From contig JBMNJG010000007.1 of assembly GCA_050951545.1 (NCBI GenBank), forward strand, positions 288,001-352,000: a stretch of DNA of 64,000 nt, in the 5' to 3' direction. The stretch comes from Limnochordia bacterium. GTDB taxonomy: Bacteria > Bacillota > Limnochordia > DTU080. The translations under genes and the position numbers were made by a program. The notes below the pieces were generated by a model that was not told the origin of the DNA, searched no databases, and was given only the letters and a program-made list of their open reading frames with translations. The number at the start of each line of letters is the position of its first letter. Within the stretch, counting starts at the first letter, position 1. Below are positions 1 through 8,482 of the stretch, piece by piece.

Positions 1-100
1 GTCCGTCCTCCTAGTTACTCTGTGCCTAATTCACAAGACCAATGGGAGTTGCCCTGAAAATCATCGTTAGTGCTTCCGCCAAGGGTTCTATGTTAGTACA

Positions 101-125
101 AGGAAACCTCCCGTCGCACACGAAA
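101..125 (+). promoter_or_regulatory. Sigma-H-like promoter (AGGA-N17-GAAA)
   Basis: AGGA 101-104 and GAAA 122-125, about 65 bp upstream of the ATG at 191; matches the B. subtilis SigH consensus AGGA-N17/18-GAAT. Confidence 0.55.
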
Positions 126-190
126 CAACTCCAAGGGATGTGAGTGGCCGCGGACGAACCAGTGGCGTGCGCACTCACTGGAAGGAGGAC

Positions 191-1231
191 ATGTCTCTCA
201 TGGTTCGAATGGCGCTAATCGGATGCGGGGCCGCTGGGAAAAGTCACCTTCAGGAGATGCTCAAGCTCTCCGAGATCAAGGTGGTTGCTGTCTCGGATAT
301 CAGGAAAGAAGCTCTGGATGAAGTGCGCCAGAAATTCGGGATTGACAAGACCTACATTGACTACAAGGAAATGATGCAGAAAGAGGAACTTGATGCGGTT
401 TCTATCGTCACGCCTACGAGCACTCATCCCGAGGTGATCATGACAGCAGCAGCGCATGGCTTGCACGTCATGTGCGAAAAACCGCTTTCCCTATCTGTCC
501 GCGAAGGCGAAGCAGCTGTTGAGGCGATGCGTAGGGCAGACCGCGTACTCGCAGTAACCTACACCTACAGATTCGTCCCTGACACCCGAAGAATGAAGGA
601 GATCATCGATTCGGGTCTATTGGGAGACATTCTAGAGATCCGTTACCTTCGCTACGAGGGTAGACCGGAGAAGCCACCCGAGGGTTCGGAGCAACGCCGT
701 CGCTATGACTGGTTCTTTAGCCCGGAAGGGTTGGGGCTTGTGTACGACTGTGGCATTCACGGCTTCGATCTCTTGCGATGGTACGCAGGTAGCGAGGTAG
801 CTAGCGTTTGGGCGAGTGGGGAATACCACATGGGCTATGATTACCCAGACTCTGCCACGGCTATCTTCCGTTACGAGAACGGTATCAAGGGTCTCTTCGA
901 CTATGGCGAAGTGGCACCTTATGTAACGGATACTGGTGGACTCCTCTTCAAGATCATCGTCACGGGTCGTCAGGGGACTGCGGTATGGCACTACGCAGGC
1001 CAAAGAGTAGAGAGCGGTTGGAGGACGACCATAAGTACCTACACGAGAGCCGGTCGTCAACAGGAGATGTTTCTGACGTACACGAAGGCTCGTGATCTTC
1101 AATACCAGCAGTTTGCAGAGAGTGTCAGATCGGGTCACCTTCAAGGTTACTGGGGAACTGCTGAAGACGCCGTCGAGGCCACGCGCATCGGCTTGGAGGT
1201 CTTGCGGCAGTGTGACGAGAGATCTACCTGA
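191..1231 (+). CDS. Gfo/Idh/MocA family oxidoreductase
   Basis: N-terminal Rossmann motif IGCGAAG, CEKP motif, DCGIH motif; RBS AAGGAGG before ATG 191. Confidence 0.9.
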   Translation: MSLMVRMALIGCGAAGKSHLQEMLKLSEIKVVAVSDIRKEALDEVRQKFGIDKTYIDYKEMMQKEELDAVSIVTPTSTHPEVIMTAAAHGLHVMCEKPLSLSVREGEAAVEAMRRADRVLAVTYTYRFVPDTRRMKEIIDSGLLGDILEIRYLRYEGRPEKPPEGSEQRRRYDWFFSPEGLGLVYDCGIHGFDLLRWYAGSEVASVWASGEYHMGYDYPDSATAIFRYENGIKGLFDYGEVAPYVTDTGGLLFKIIVTGRQGTAVWHYAGQRVESGWRTTISTYTRAGRQQEMFLTYTKARDLQYQQFAESVRSGHLQGYWGTAEDAVEATRIGLEVLRQCDERST

Positions 1232-1343
1232 TAGCCTATTCGTGGGAGTCAGCACATGGGCGTCCGGCTCTGCGCTCTACGAAAACGAGGGACCCTCATG
1301 TCGATGAGGCAGCGTGGAACGATCTACACGGGGGGATTGTCAA

Positions 1344-2372
1344 ATGTTAAAGCTCGGCCTTATCGGTTGTGGCGGCATGGGCAGCCACCATGCACGTTTC
1401 TTTGGCAAGATGCCAAATGTCAGTGTCGCGGGTGTCTGCGACATCGTCGAAGAAAAAGCACGTAAAGTGGGCCAGGATCTTGACACCAAGTGGTGTGTGG
1501 ATTACCGTGACCTCTTGGGAGACGTAGATGCGGTTTGGGTCTGCACGGAGCCATTCAATCGTCTCGAGATCGTCACCACTAGCGCCAAGGCTGGCAAGCA
1601 TGTCTTTGCCGAGAAACCCATATGCCTGAGTCTCGAGGACGCCGATCAGATGATCGCCGCAGCCGAAGATGCCAACGTCAAGTTTATGCTGGGATACGTG
1701 CTACGCTTCCGGAATCCATACAAGCTGATGCATGATACGTTCGTCAGTGGCGAACTCGGTGAGCTCGTCACCTGTTGGACAAGGCGCTTCATGCCAGCCG
1801 ACATGAGCAACAGGTGGTATGGTTGGCAAGAGAAGAGCCTTGGAGTCACCCTTGATTTCGGCAGTCACGACATCGATTGGTTGCGCTGGATCGGTGGGGA
1901 TGTACAGACAATATTCGCCAAGACCTTTCGCGTACGTCCGACGATCCACGCGGACGAGCACGGACAAGCCCTGATGCTGTTCAAGAGTGGCGGCATGGGC
2001 ACTTGTGATGTGAGCTGGTCGTCGTATCTGACTGAGAGCTCTGTTGGCATTGTTGGCACCAAGGGCGCGATGATTGTCGGCCGCGATGGTAAGGTGCGAA
2101 AGAAAGTCGGCGATGGCGAAGAGCAGATTCTGGATGTAGACAGCGTGGTAAGTGTGGATCCTGAAGGAAACCTCGCCCGAGCCGCGAATGGTGGTCAGGG
2201 GGAGATAAACAGACAGGAGACCATACAAGAACACTTCATTCGCTGCGTTGAGGAGGATCTGGAGCCATTGACCGCCGCCAGAGATGGTCGAAAGACTCTG
2301 GCTACGATTCTGGCACTGCAGGAGTCTGCTCGCAGCGGTCAGGCAGTAGACGTGGCCTCCGCCGAGAGGTAA
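1344..2372 (+). CDS. Gfo/Idh/MocA family oxidoreductase
   Basis: IGCGGMG, AEKP and DFGSHDID motifs; GGGGG RBS before ATG 1344. Confidence 0.9.
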   Translation: MLKLGLIGCGGMGSHHARFFGKMPNVSVAGVCDIVEEKARKVGQDLDTKWCVDYRDLLGDVDAVWVCTEPFNRLEIVTTSAKAGKHVFAEKPICLSLEDADQMIAAAEDANVKFMLGYVLRFRNPYKLMHDTFVSGELGELVTCWTRRFMPADMSNRWYGWQEKSLGVTLDFGSHDIDWLRWIGGDVQTIFAKTFRVRPTIHADEHGQALMLFKSGGMGTCDVSWSSYLTESSVGIVGTKGAMIVGRDGKVRKKVGDGEEQILDVDSVVSVDPEGNLARAANGGQGEINRQETIQEHFIRCVEEDLEPLTAARDGRKTLATILALQESARSGQAVDVASAER

Positions 2373-2400
2373 CACGGTGAGCAGAGGGCACAAATGCGAG

Positions 2401-2423
2401 GGCCGGGGTTTTCTGCCCCGGCC
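2401..2423 (+). terminator. GC-rich hairpin, probable terminator
   Basis: GGCCGGGG...CCCCGGCC stem downstream of the stop at 2372. Confidence 0.5.
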
Positions 2424-2447
2424 TTGTGGAGTGATCGAACGAAGCTG

Positions 2448-3785
2448 ATGGCTGATGCGCTTGGTAAGGTCGGTTCCTTGGCCGCTGGGATGCCTGAAGA
2501 GCCAGAACGCATGCGACAGATGCTTAGGTTCTTCGCACCAGTTGTGGCGACTGGTGTGCTTATGGCGTTTTCGTACACAGCTGTAATGGCGGGGCTTAAC
2601 AGAACTCTTCAGCCAGCGGTAGCCGTGGCTGCCTACGCACTGGCTTTCAACTTGGCGGTCGTCATAGAGGCGCCCATCGTTATGTTGCGGCAGACCGTGC
2701 TGGTCTTAGTGAACACTCCGGAAGACCTGCGGCTTCTCTCTCGCTTGGCGGCGGCAATGGCCCTTGCCCTGTGCGGCTTGCAGGCATTGCTGGCCATAGG
2801 GCCATGGGGCATGTATGTGCTAGGGCATTGGCTCGGCATCCCCAGTGCACTTCTCGGTCCAACACAGGTTGCGTTGGCAGGGCTACTACCATTGCAGATC
2901 CTGTCTGCCATCCGGTATGTCTGCCATGGGTTGTTGTTACGCGCCAAACAGACGCATTTCATTTCCCTGGGCATGGGTGCCAGGGTATTGACAACCACTT
3001 TGGCCATCCCGGTCTTGCTGCACTGGCCGGGTCTCGGCAGCCTTTTGGCTTCCACGGCGCTGGTCTTGGGCATGGTGGTTGAGACCGTGATCGATGTATG
3101 GCGTGCTCGTGTAGCAGGGGGTATTCATCAGACGAGCGTAGGTGATGCGGTCCCGTTGACAACGGTTGGGGTGGTCTCTTTCCTGGGGCCGTTAGCAGCC
3201 ATGGGAGTGGTGGAGTGTTTGGCAGCGCCCGTCCGAAATGCTGGTCTGGCCCGGGCAGCCCAGCCGGAGCTCGTGCTGGCGGCATTTTCATTGACATGGA
3301 CGATCGTCAGTATGGTCATCCCACCCCTGCAAAACTTGCATCAAGTGGCGGTGGTCTTTGGCACTGAGAGCCGAGCATGGGCTAGTATCCGTCGCTTTTT
3401 CTTCTGGGTCGCTGTAGTTGCTACAGCAATTGCAGCTCTGCTGGGTTGGTCGCCCCTAGGCCAGTGGATACTCGAGGCAGTGCTAGGAGCATCAGCGGAG
3501 ATTGTGGACGCGGCAACTCAGAACTTAAGATGGCTGACCCCTCTACCAGCCTTGCTTGTTGTGGGCGACTACATCATCGGTAAGATGCTGATAGCTCGGC
3601 GCACGACGGTCTTGGTTGCGGGGAAGCTGGCGAACCTTGGTGTTACGGCGCTGGCCGCGGTCGGTGTGGGTATGCTCGCCACACGGTGGGGCCCAGGTGT
3701 GGGTGCGGTCATTGTGCTCAGTGGCGCCGTGGCAGAGGCTGTTGTGCTTGGCCTAGGCCAGATGATAGTAGCTTCAGGTAGGTGA
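2448..3785 (+). CDS. MATE/MOP-superfamily membrane transporter, ANKH-like
   Basis: About 12 hydrophobic segments in two homologous halves (FFAPVVAT..AGLNR..AAYALAF and FLGPLAAM..AGLAR..AAFSLTW); start uncertain. Confidence 0.7.
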   Translation: MADALGKVGSLAAGMPEEPERMRQMLRFFAPVVATGVLMAFSYTAVMAGLNRTLQPAVAVAAYALAFNLAVVIEAPIVMLRQTVLVLVNTPEDLRLLSRLAAAMALALCGLQALLAIGPWGMYVLGHWLGIPSALLGPTQVALAGLLPLQILSAIRYVCHGLLLRAKQTHFISLGMGARVLTTTLAIPVLLHWPGLGSLLASTALVLGMVVETVIDVWRARVAGGIHQTSVGDAVPLTTVGVVSFLGPLAAMGVVECLAAPVRNAGLARAAQPELVLAAFSLTWTIVSMVIPPLQNLHQVAVVFGTESRAWASIRRFFFWVAVVATAIAALLGWSPLGQWILEAVLGASAEIVDAATQNLRWLTPLPALLVVGDYIIGKMLIARRTTVLVAGKLANLGVTALAAVGVGMLATRWGPGVGAVIVLSGAVAEAVVLGLGQMIVASGR

Positions 3786-3850
3786 TAGAGCCATCTACGG
3801 CGAAGCTCGCCATCAGAAGCGCAGGCAGCTAGACAGTGGGAGGCGAGCGT

Positions 3851-4057
3851 ATGACGCTACCAGAGGGAACGGGGCGATCCTATCAATGCCCTCGTTGCGC
3901 TCGAGCACTTGTTGTGTATGTGAACCCGGCTGGAGCTCCGCGCTGTACCCAGTGCAATAGGGCGATGGTCGAAGCTGAGGCGAATAGTGCTTCCGGACAA
4001 CTCAGCTTGTTTTCTGCCGTGCAACCAAAGGTTGCGAAACGAAGACAAGGTCGCTGA
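3851..4057 (+). CDS. Small zinc-ribbon protein with QLSLF motif (68 aa)
   Basis: RBS GGGAGG before ATG 3851; CPRC-x15-CTQC; QLSLF at 3998-4012; basic tail. Confidence 0.7.
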   Translation: MTLPEGTGRSYQCPRCARALVVYVNPAGAPRCTQCNRAMVEAEANSASGQLSLFSAVQPKVAKRRQGR

Positions 4058-4098
4058 GAGCAGCGATAGCTAATACGGTGAACGAGGTGACAGTGACT

Positions 4099-5115
4099 AT
4101 GCAGAGTGTAGAGCAGCTGGAAAGGATGCTAGCAGAGCCATCTCCTGCCTGCGTACGCGACGTGGCAGATATCGATGGGGATATTCTCATCCTGGGCGTG
4201 GGAGGCAAGATGGGCCCCAGCCTGGCCAAGCTAGCCGCGAATGCGATACAGGAGGCCGGAGTCAAAAAACGTGTGATAGGTGTCTCACGCTTCTCCACCA
4301 AGGAGTTGGCGGAGGATCTACAGGCTTGTGGCGTGGAGACCATCGCAGCAGATGTACAAAACGAGGCTCAACTGCAAGGGCTTCCCGAAGTGGAGAACGT
4401 TATCTACATGGTCGGCTTCAAATTCGGCAGCACGGGTCAGGAGCATCGTACCTGGGCCGTAAATGCTTATCTACCGGGCCGAGTGGCAGAAAAGTTCGCC
4501 CGTTCGCGCATCGTGGCGTTTTCCACGGGTAACGTATATCCACTTACCCCGCTGGCCATGGCTGGAGCGTCAGAAGAGCACCCTACAGGTCCGGTAGGTG
4601 AATACGCGCAGTCGTGTCTTGGAAGGGAACGTGTCTTTGAGTACTTCTCTTGGCTTCACAAGACACCGATGGTCCTCTTTAGGCTCAACTATGCCATTGA
4701 CTTGCGCTATGGGGTGCTGCTTGACGTAGCCACCGCAGTCAAAGAGCAGCGTCCGATCGATGTGAGTATGGGCCACGCCAACGTCATTTGGCAGGGCGAT
4801 GCGAATGAGCTGGCCCTGCGATCTTTGCGTGTGGCCTCGTCACCGCCCTTGGTGCTCAATGTGACTGGTCCAGAAACGGTGTCGATTCGTTGGCTGGCCG
4901 AGCGCTTTGGTGAGATCCTAGAGCGGGAGCCTATTATCGTCGGCGACGAACAGCCGACTGCGCTGCTGAGTAACGCTTCCCGGGCTCACCAGATGTTTGG
5001 GTATCCGCGCGTCTCACTGCGTCAGATGATGGAGTGGACGGCACAGTGGGTGCAGCAGGATGGTTACACTTTGGGCAAGCCGACTCATTTCCAAGAGCGC
5101 AGGGGGAGGTTTTAG
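4099..5115 (+). CDS. NAD-dependent epimerase/dehydratase (extended SDR-like)
   Basis: LGVGGKMG Rossmann motif, STGNVY, and YAQSC in place of YxxxK; RBS GAGGTG. Confidence 0.85.
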   Translation: MQSVEQLERMLAEPSPACVRDVADIDGDILILGVGGKMGPSLAKLAANAIQEAGVKKRVIGVSRFSTKELAEDLQACGVETIAADVQNEAQLQGLPEVENVIYMVGFKFGSTGQEHRTWAVNAYLPGRVAEKFARSRIVAFSTGNVYPLTPLAMAGASEEHPTGPVGEYAQSCLGRERVFEYFSWLHKTPMVLFRLNYAIDLRYGVLLDVATAVKEQRPIDVSMGHANVIWQGDANELALRSLRVASSPPLVLNVTGPETVSIRWLAERFGEILEREPIIVGDEQPTALLSNASRAHQMFGYPRVSLRQMMEWTAQWVQQDGYTLGKPTHFQERRGRF

Positions 5116-5117
5116 TC

Positions 5118-6182
5118 TTGAACTCAACTCCGACACTACAGCCGGATGTGTCGCGTTTGCTGCACGAGGGAGTTGTCATCCCTGCCCATCCCCTCGCACT
5201 GACCCCGGACAGGCGTCTTGACGAGCGTCGGCAACGTGCGCTCACTCGTTACTACATGGCGGCTGGTGCTGGTGGTGTGGCTGTGGGTGTGCACACTACG
5301 CAGTTTGAGATTAGGGATGTAGGGCTTCTCGAGCCAGTCTTGCGCTTGGCAGCGGAGACTATTGACCAGGCCGAGTTGGGCAGGCCGTTTATCAAGGTGG
5401 CGGGTATTTGTGGACCCACGGAGCAAGCGCTGCGTGAGGCAGAGCTCGCGGCGCGTCTGGGTTACGACATGGGCCTCTTGAGCATGGGCGGGTTGAAAGA
5501 CTGGTCGGATGATCAGCTCCTGAGCCGGGCGCAAGAGGTGGGCAAGATTCTGCCACTGTTTGGTTTCTATCTGCAGCCTTCTGTTGGGGGTCGGCTGCTT
5601 AGCTTTGACTTCTGGCGGCGTTTTGCTGATCTTCCCAGTGTCATGGCGATCAAGATGGCTCCCTTCAATCGCTATCAGACACTGGATGTGGTAAGGGCTG
5701 TTTGCCTGTCGGATCGCAACGAGGAGATCGCCCTGTACACGGGTAACGACGACAACATCGTGGTGGATCTGCTCACGACCTACTCGGTCGTGCGTGATGG
5801 CAAGAGGATAGAGAAATCCATTGTGGGTGGCTTGCTGGGACACTGGGCAGTATGGACAAACAAGGCCGTGGAGTTGCTTGCCCGTATCAAGCAACAGAGT
5901 GAGGGAGGCATCACAGATGCCTCAGAGTTGTTGAGCTTAGCGGTTGAGGTAACAGACACCAACGCTGCGTTCTTCGATCCAGCCAATGACTTTGCCGGAT
6001 GTATCGCGGGCATTCACGAGGTGCTGCGACGCCAAGGCTTGCTGCAAGGTCGCTGGTGCCTCAACCCTGCCGAGACTCTTTCGGCTGGACAGATGGATGA
6101 GATTGACAGGGTGTATGAGGAGTATCCGCACCTCAACGACGACGCCTTTGTGGCCGAGCACTTGCAGGAGTGGCTGGGCTGA
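5118..6182 (+). CDS. Dihydrodipicolinate synthase/class I aldolase family protein
   Basis: GVAVGVHTTQF, FYLQP and Schiff-base-like AIKMAP motifs, YTGNDD; TTG start 3 nt after the upstream stop with GGGAGG RBS. Confidence 0.85.
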   Translation: MNSTPTLQPDVSRLLHEGVVIPAHPLALTPDRRLDERRQRALTRYYMAAGAGGVAVGVHTTQFEIRDVGLLEPVLRLAAETIDQAELGRPFIKVAGICGPTEQALREAELAARLGYDMGLLSMGGLKDWSDDQLLSRAQEVGKILPLFGFYLQPSVGGRLLSFDFWRRFADLPSVMAIKMAPFNRYQTLDVVRAVCLSDRNEEIALYTGNDDNIVVDLLTTYSVVRDGKRIEKSIVGGLLGHWAVWTNKAVELLARIKQQSEGGITDASELLSLAVEVTDTNAAFFDPANDFAGCIAGIHEVLRRQGLLQGRWCLNPAETLSAGQMDEIDRVYEEYPHLNDDAFVAEHLQEWLG

Positions 6183-6262
6183 GGCCCAGAATCGGTTGCT
6201 TTACGACTCCTGGTGAGTTCGCGTGTCGGCGGCTAGCGACGCGCGGTAGTCGAGGCGGCTGC

Positions 6263-6292
6263 GGCGGTCTGATCTGTTACGAGCAGACCGCC
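6263..6292. terminator. Hairpin between convergent genes
   Basis: GGCGGTCTG...CAGACCGCC stem. Confidence 0.5.
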
Positions 6293-6304
6293 TCCGCGAT
6301 TGCT

Positions 6305-6502
6305 TCACGAACGCTCTCTGGAGAAGAACGCCACGGCGAGAGCAAAGATGATGACCGGAACGAGCGCGGCTCCGAGCGCTACGGCGATGAAGATGACGCC
6401 AGAGTGCAGCTTCATTGCTTCCAGCCACGTAAGCATGCGCGACTGAACCGTAACACTTAGGGCTACCACAAAAATGAAGATCAGTAAGACGATACCTTCC
6501 AT
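6305..6502 (-). CDS. Small two-helix membrane protein (65 aa)
   Basis: MEGIVLLIFIFVVALSV...VIFIAVALGAALVPVIIFALAVAFF; AAGGTGG RBS; fills an otherwise empty gap. Confidence 0.6.
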   Translation of the reverse strand: MEGIVLLIFIFVVALSVTVQSRMLTWLEAMKLHSGVIFIAVALGAALVPVIIFALAVAFFSRERS

Positions 6503-6663
6503 TAGATTGCCGCCCACCTTTCCAGAATCCTGATCAACAGCTCCTGTTTGCATATGAGCATTCGGCTCTCAGGCTTGGGTTACTGTTACTATTCTACTTG
6601 AGCTGTGCATATCCCCTTTTTCGAGATGGAATACTGCCGCGATGGAGTGGGAGGCTTCGCCAA

Positions 6664-7962
6664 TCATCTCCACCCACTGGACTGCAAGTCGGCCCATAAT
6701 TCATCTAAGGCGAGTTGGTACGCCCCGTTTATCTGGTACATCACCGAACGAGGGTCGAGCTGTCCGGTTAGGCCCTTCAAGATAAGATCTCGGTTGCGGT
6801 TCCAGATAGTTGGATAGGTTTCGATTACGAAGCCGTACTTGATGGCGTCATACCAGCCAGCCAGATGCGGGGCAGCCTTACTAATTCTGCTACCTACGTC
6901 GCTGCGACTGGGCAGTGTGCCCGTCGCTACGTGGTACAACACCGCTATTTCAGGACTCATCAGCCACTCGATGAACTCCCATGCAAGGCGGGAATCACGT
7001 GTGGAGTTTGGGATCCCGATGACCTTGTAGCTGAGCCATGCGGCTGGGGCTGCGCTTCTTGAGCGGCGAGGTGCGAAGAAGCCCAGCTCGGTTTGCCATC
7101 GAGGGTTGCGCTCCTTTGTCGACACAGCCAAGTTCGGGCCGCCATAGGCCATAGCAGTCATGCCATCTGCAAAACGCGAGGGATTACCTCGACTCGGCTG
7201 GCCCGCGAGTAGCTCTGAGGGGGGGTAAGCGGCTTGGTAGAGACGTGATAGATAGCTGAAGGTGTCTATCGCTTGCTGCGTGTCAAGTCGGGCCCTACGG
7301 AAGTCACTCGTGACTCCAGTCTCGTTATTCAGCTTGAGGAAGTTGACGAACAGGTCCATGCTGGTCCAGCTGGCATCGAAGCCAATGCGTACGGTTCGAC
7401 CACCAAACTGCAGCGCGAGTTTGCGCGCAGCGGACTCCAACTCCTCCCAACTCGCAGGGGGAGCGGCCGGACTGAGACCTGCTTTTGCAAAGGCGTCTTT
7501 ATTGTAGGCTATGCCCGACGGACTGACCTCTATGGGTAGGCCGTACATGGTCAGCGGCTCGTAGTCAAGGCGCGGTAGCTGCGGGTAGGGGGGCTGCAGG
7601 AGGTTAGAAAACAGCATCCTCTGATCTCGCCACCCTGAGACGTACCTGGTCAGTTGGACTAGCTGGTTGGTTCTGCCCAGTTCAACCATGTTCCCCAGTG
7701 AATCGATCAGTACATCAGGTCCCTGGCCGCTAAGAAGTCGTTCTCTGGTTTCGGTGTCCATACGCACGTTTTCGATTACGACGGAAATGCGCCTCTCTTT
7801 CTGGGCACGGGGTATCAGCTGCTCAGTGAGATACTTGGTCACTTCCGAACGATGCCCAGTGGTCCACACCACCACCGAAGCAGACATGGCAGAGATCGAA
7901 GACAGCAACACAAGCAGAGTTGAGATCCATACGAACGAAGAGCATGACCTTGGGCGATGCAT
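6664..7962 (-). CDS. ABC transporter sugar-type solute-binding protein
   Basis: Signal peptide; GPDV, YGLP, AYNKDAF..AG, P.SWEEL and AWEFIEWL motifs; RBS AAGGAGGA. Confidence 0.9.
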   Translation of the reverse strand: MHRPRSCSSFVWISTLLVLLSSISAMSASVVVWTTGHRSEVTKYLTEQLIPRAQKERRISVVIENVRMDTETRERLLSGQGPDVLIDSLGNMVELGRTNQLVQLTRYVSGWRDQRMLFSNLLQPPYPQLPRLDYEPLTMYGLPIEVSPSGIAYNKDAFAKAGLSPAAPPASWEELESAARKLALQFGGRTVRIGFDASWTSMDLFVNFLKLNNETGVTSDFRRARLDTQQAIDTFSYLSRLYQAAYPPSELLAGQPSRGNPSRFADGMTAMAYGGPNLAVSTKERNPRWQTELGFFAPRRSRSAAPAAWLSYKVIGIPNSTRDSRLAWEFIEWLMSPEIAVLYHVATGTLPSRSDVGSRISKAAPHLAGWYDAIKYGFVIETYPTIWNRNRDLILKGLTGQLDPRSVMYQINGAYQLALDELWADLQSSGWR

Positions 7963-8050
7963 AGGTCGCATCCTCCTTTATGCGCGCACCAATGGAATAT
8001 GCACTCTGATGTGATAGTAGTCAGATGTGGTGACGCTTATCACAGCTGGC

Positions 8051-8075
8051 TTTCGGCGTCTCTGCCAGTAATCCT
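8051..8075 (-). promoter_or_regulatory. Sigma-H-like promoter (AGGA-N17-GAAA)
   Basis: Minus strand gcAGGAttactggcagagacgccGAAA, upstream of the binding-protein gene. Confidence 0.55.
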
Positions 8076-8482
8076 GCGCATAGCGTCGAAGACGCGAAAA
8101 ACAGAGCTAGGCCGAGTAATACCGATTACGCAGAAGAGGAACACAGCTAATTCTGCCAGTAGGTTAGTGTGGAACTAGGGAAGTCATGGGTGACCAGCCA
8201 GGAACTGACGGTGGGGTTGCCCTAGGGAGATACCGCTGGTAAGATGGACACAGCCTGCTACACGGTTTTTGGGTGGTGCCGTATGCGTGTATGGTGTAAG
8301 CAGTGGCTGGTGGGTGGAGGGGAGGGCCGTCATGTGATTATGATGGGGGCCTTGTTCAGACTAATGTAGGTGCAATGCTGGGGCTCGGGCCTGTATAGGC
8401 AAGAGCCCCGTTATGGTGTTGGACCCAACGTGTGCAGGCAGCCGGAACCATAGGTTTCGGCACGCTAAGGGGGAGTAATCTA

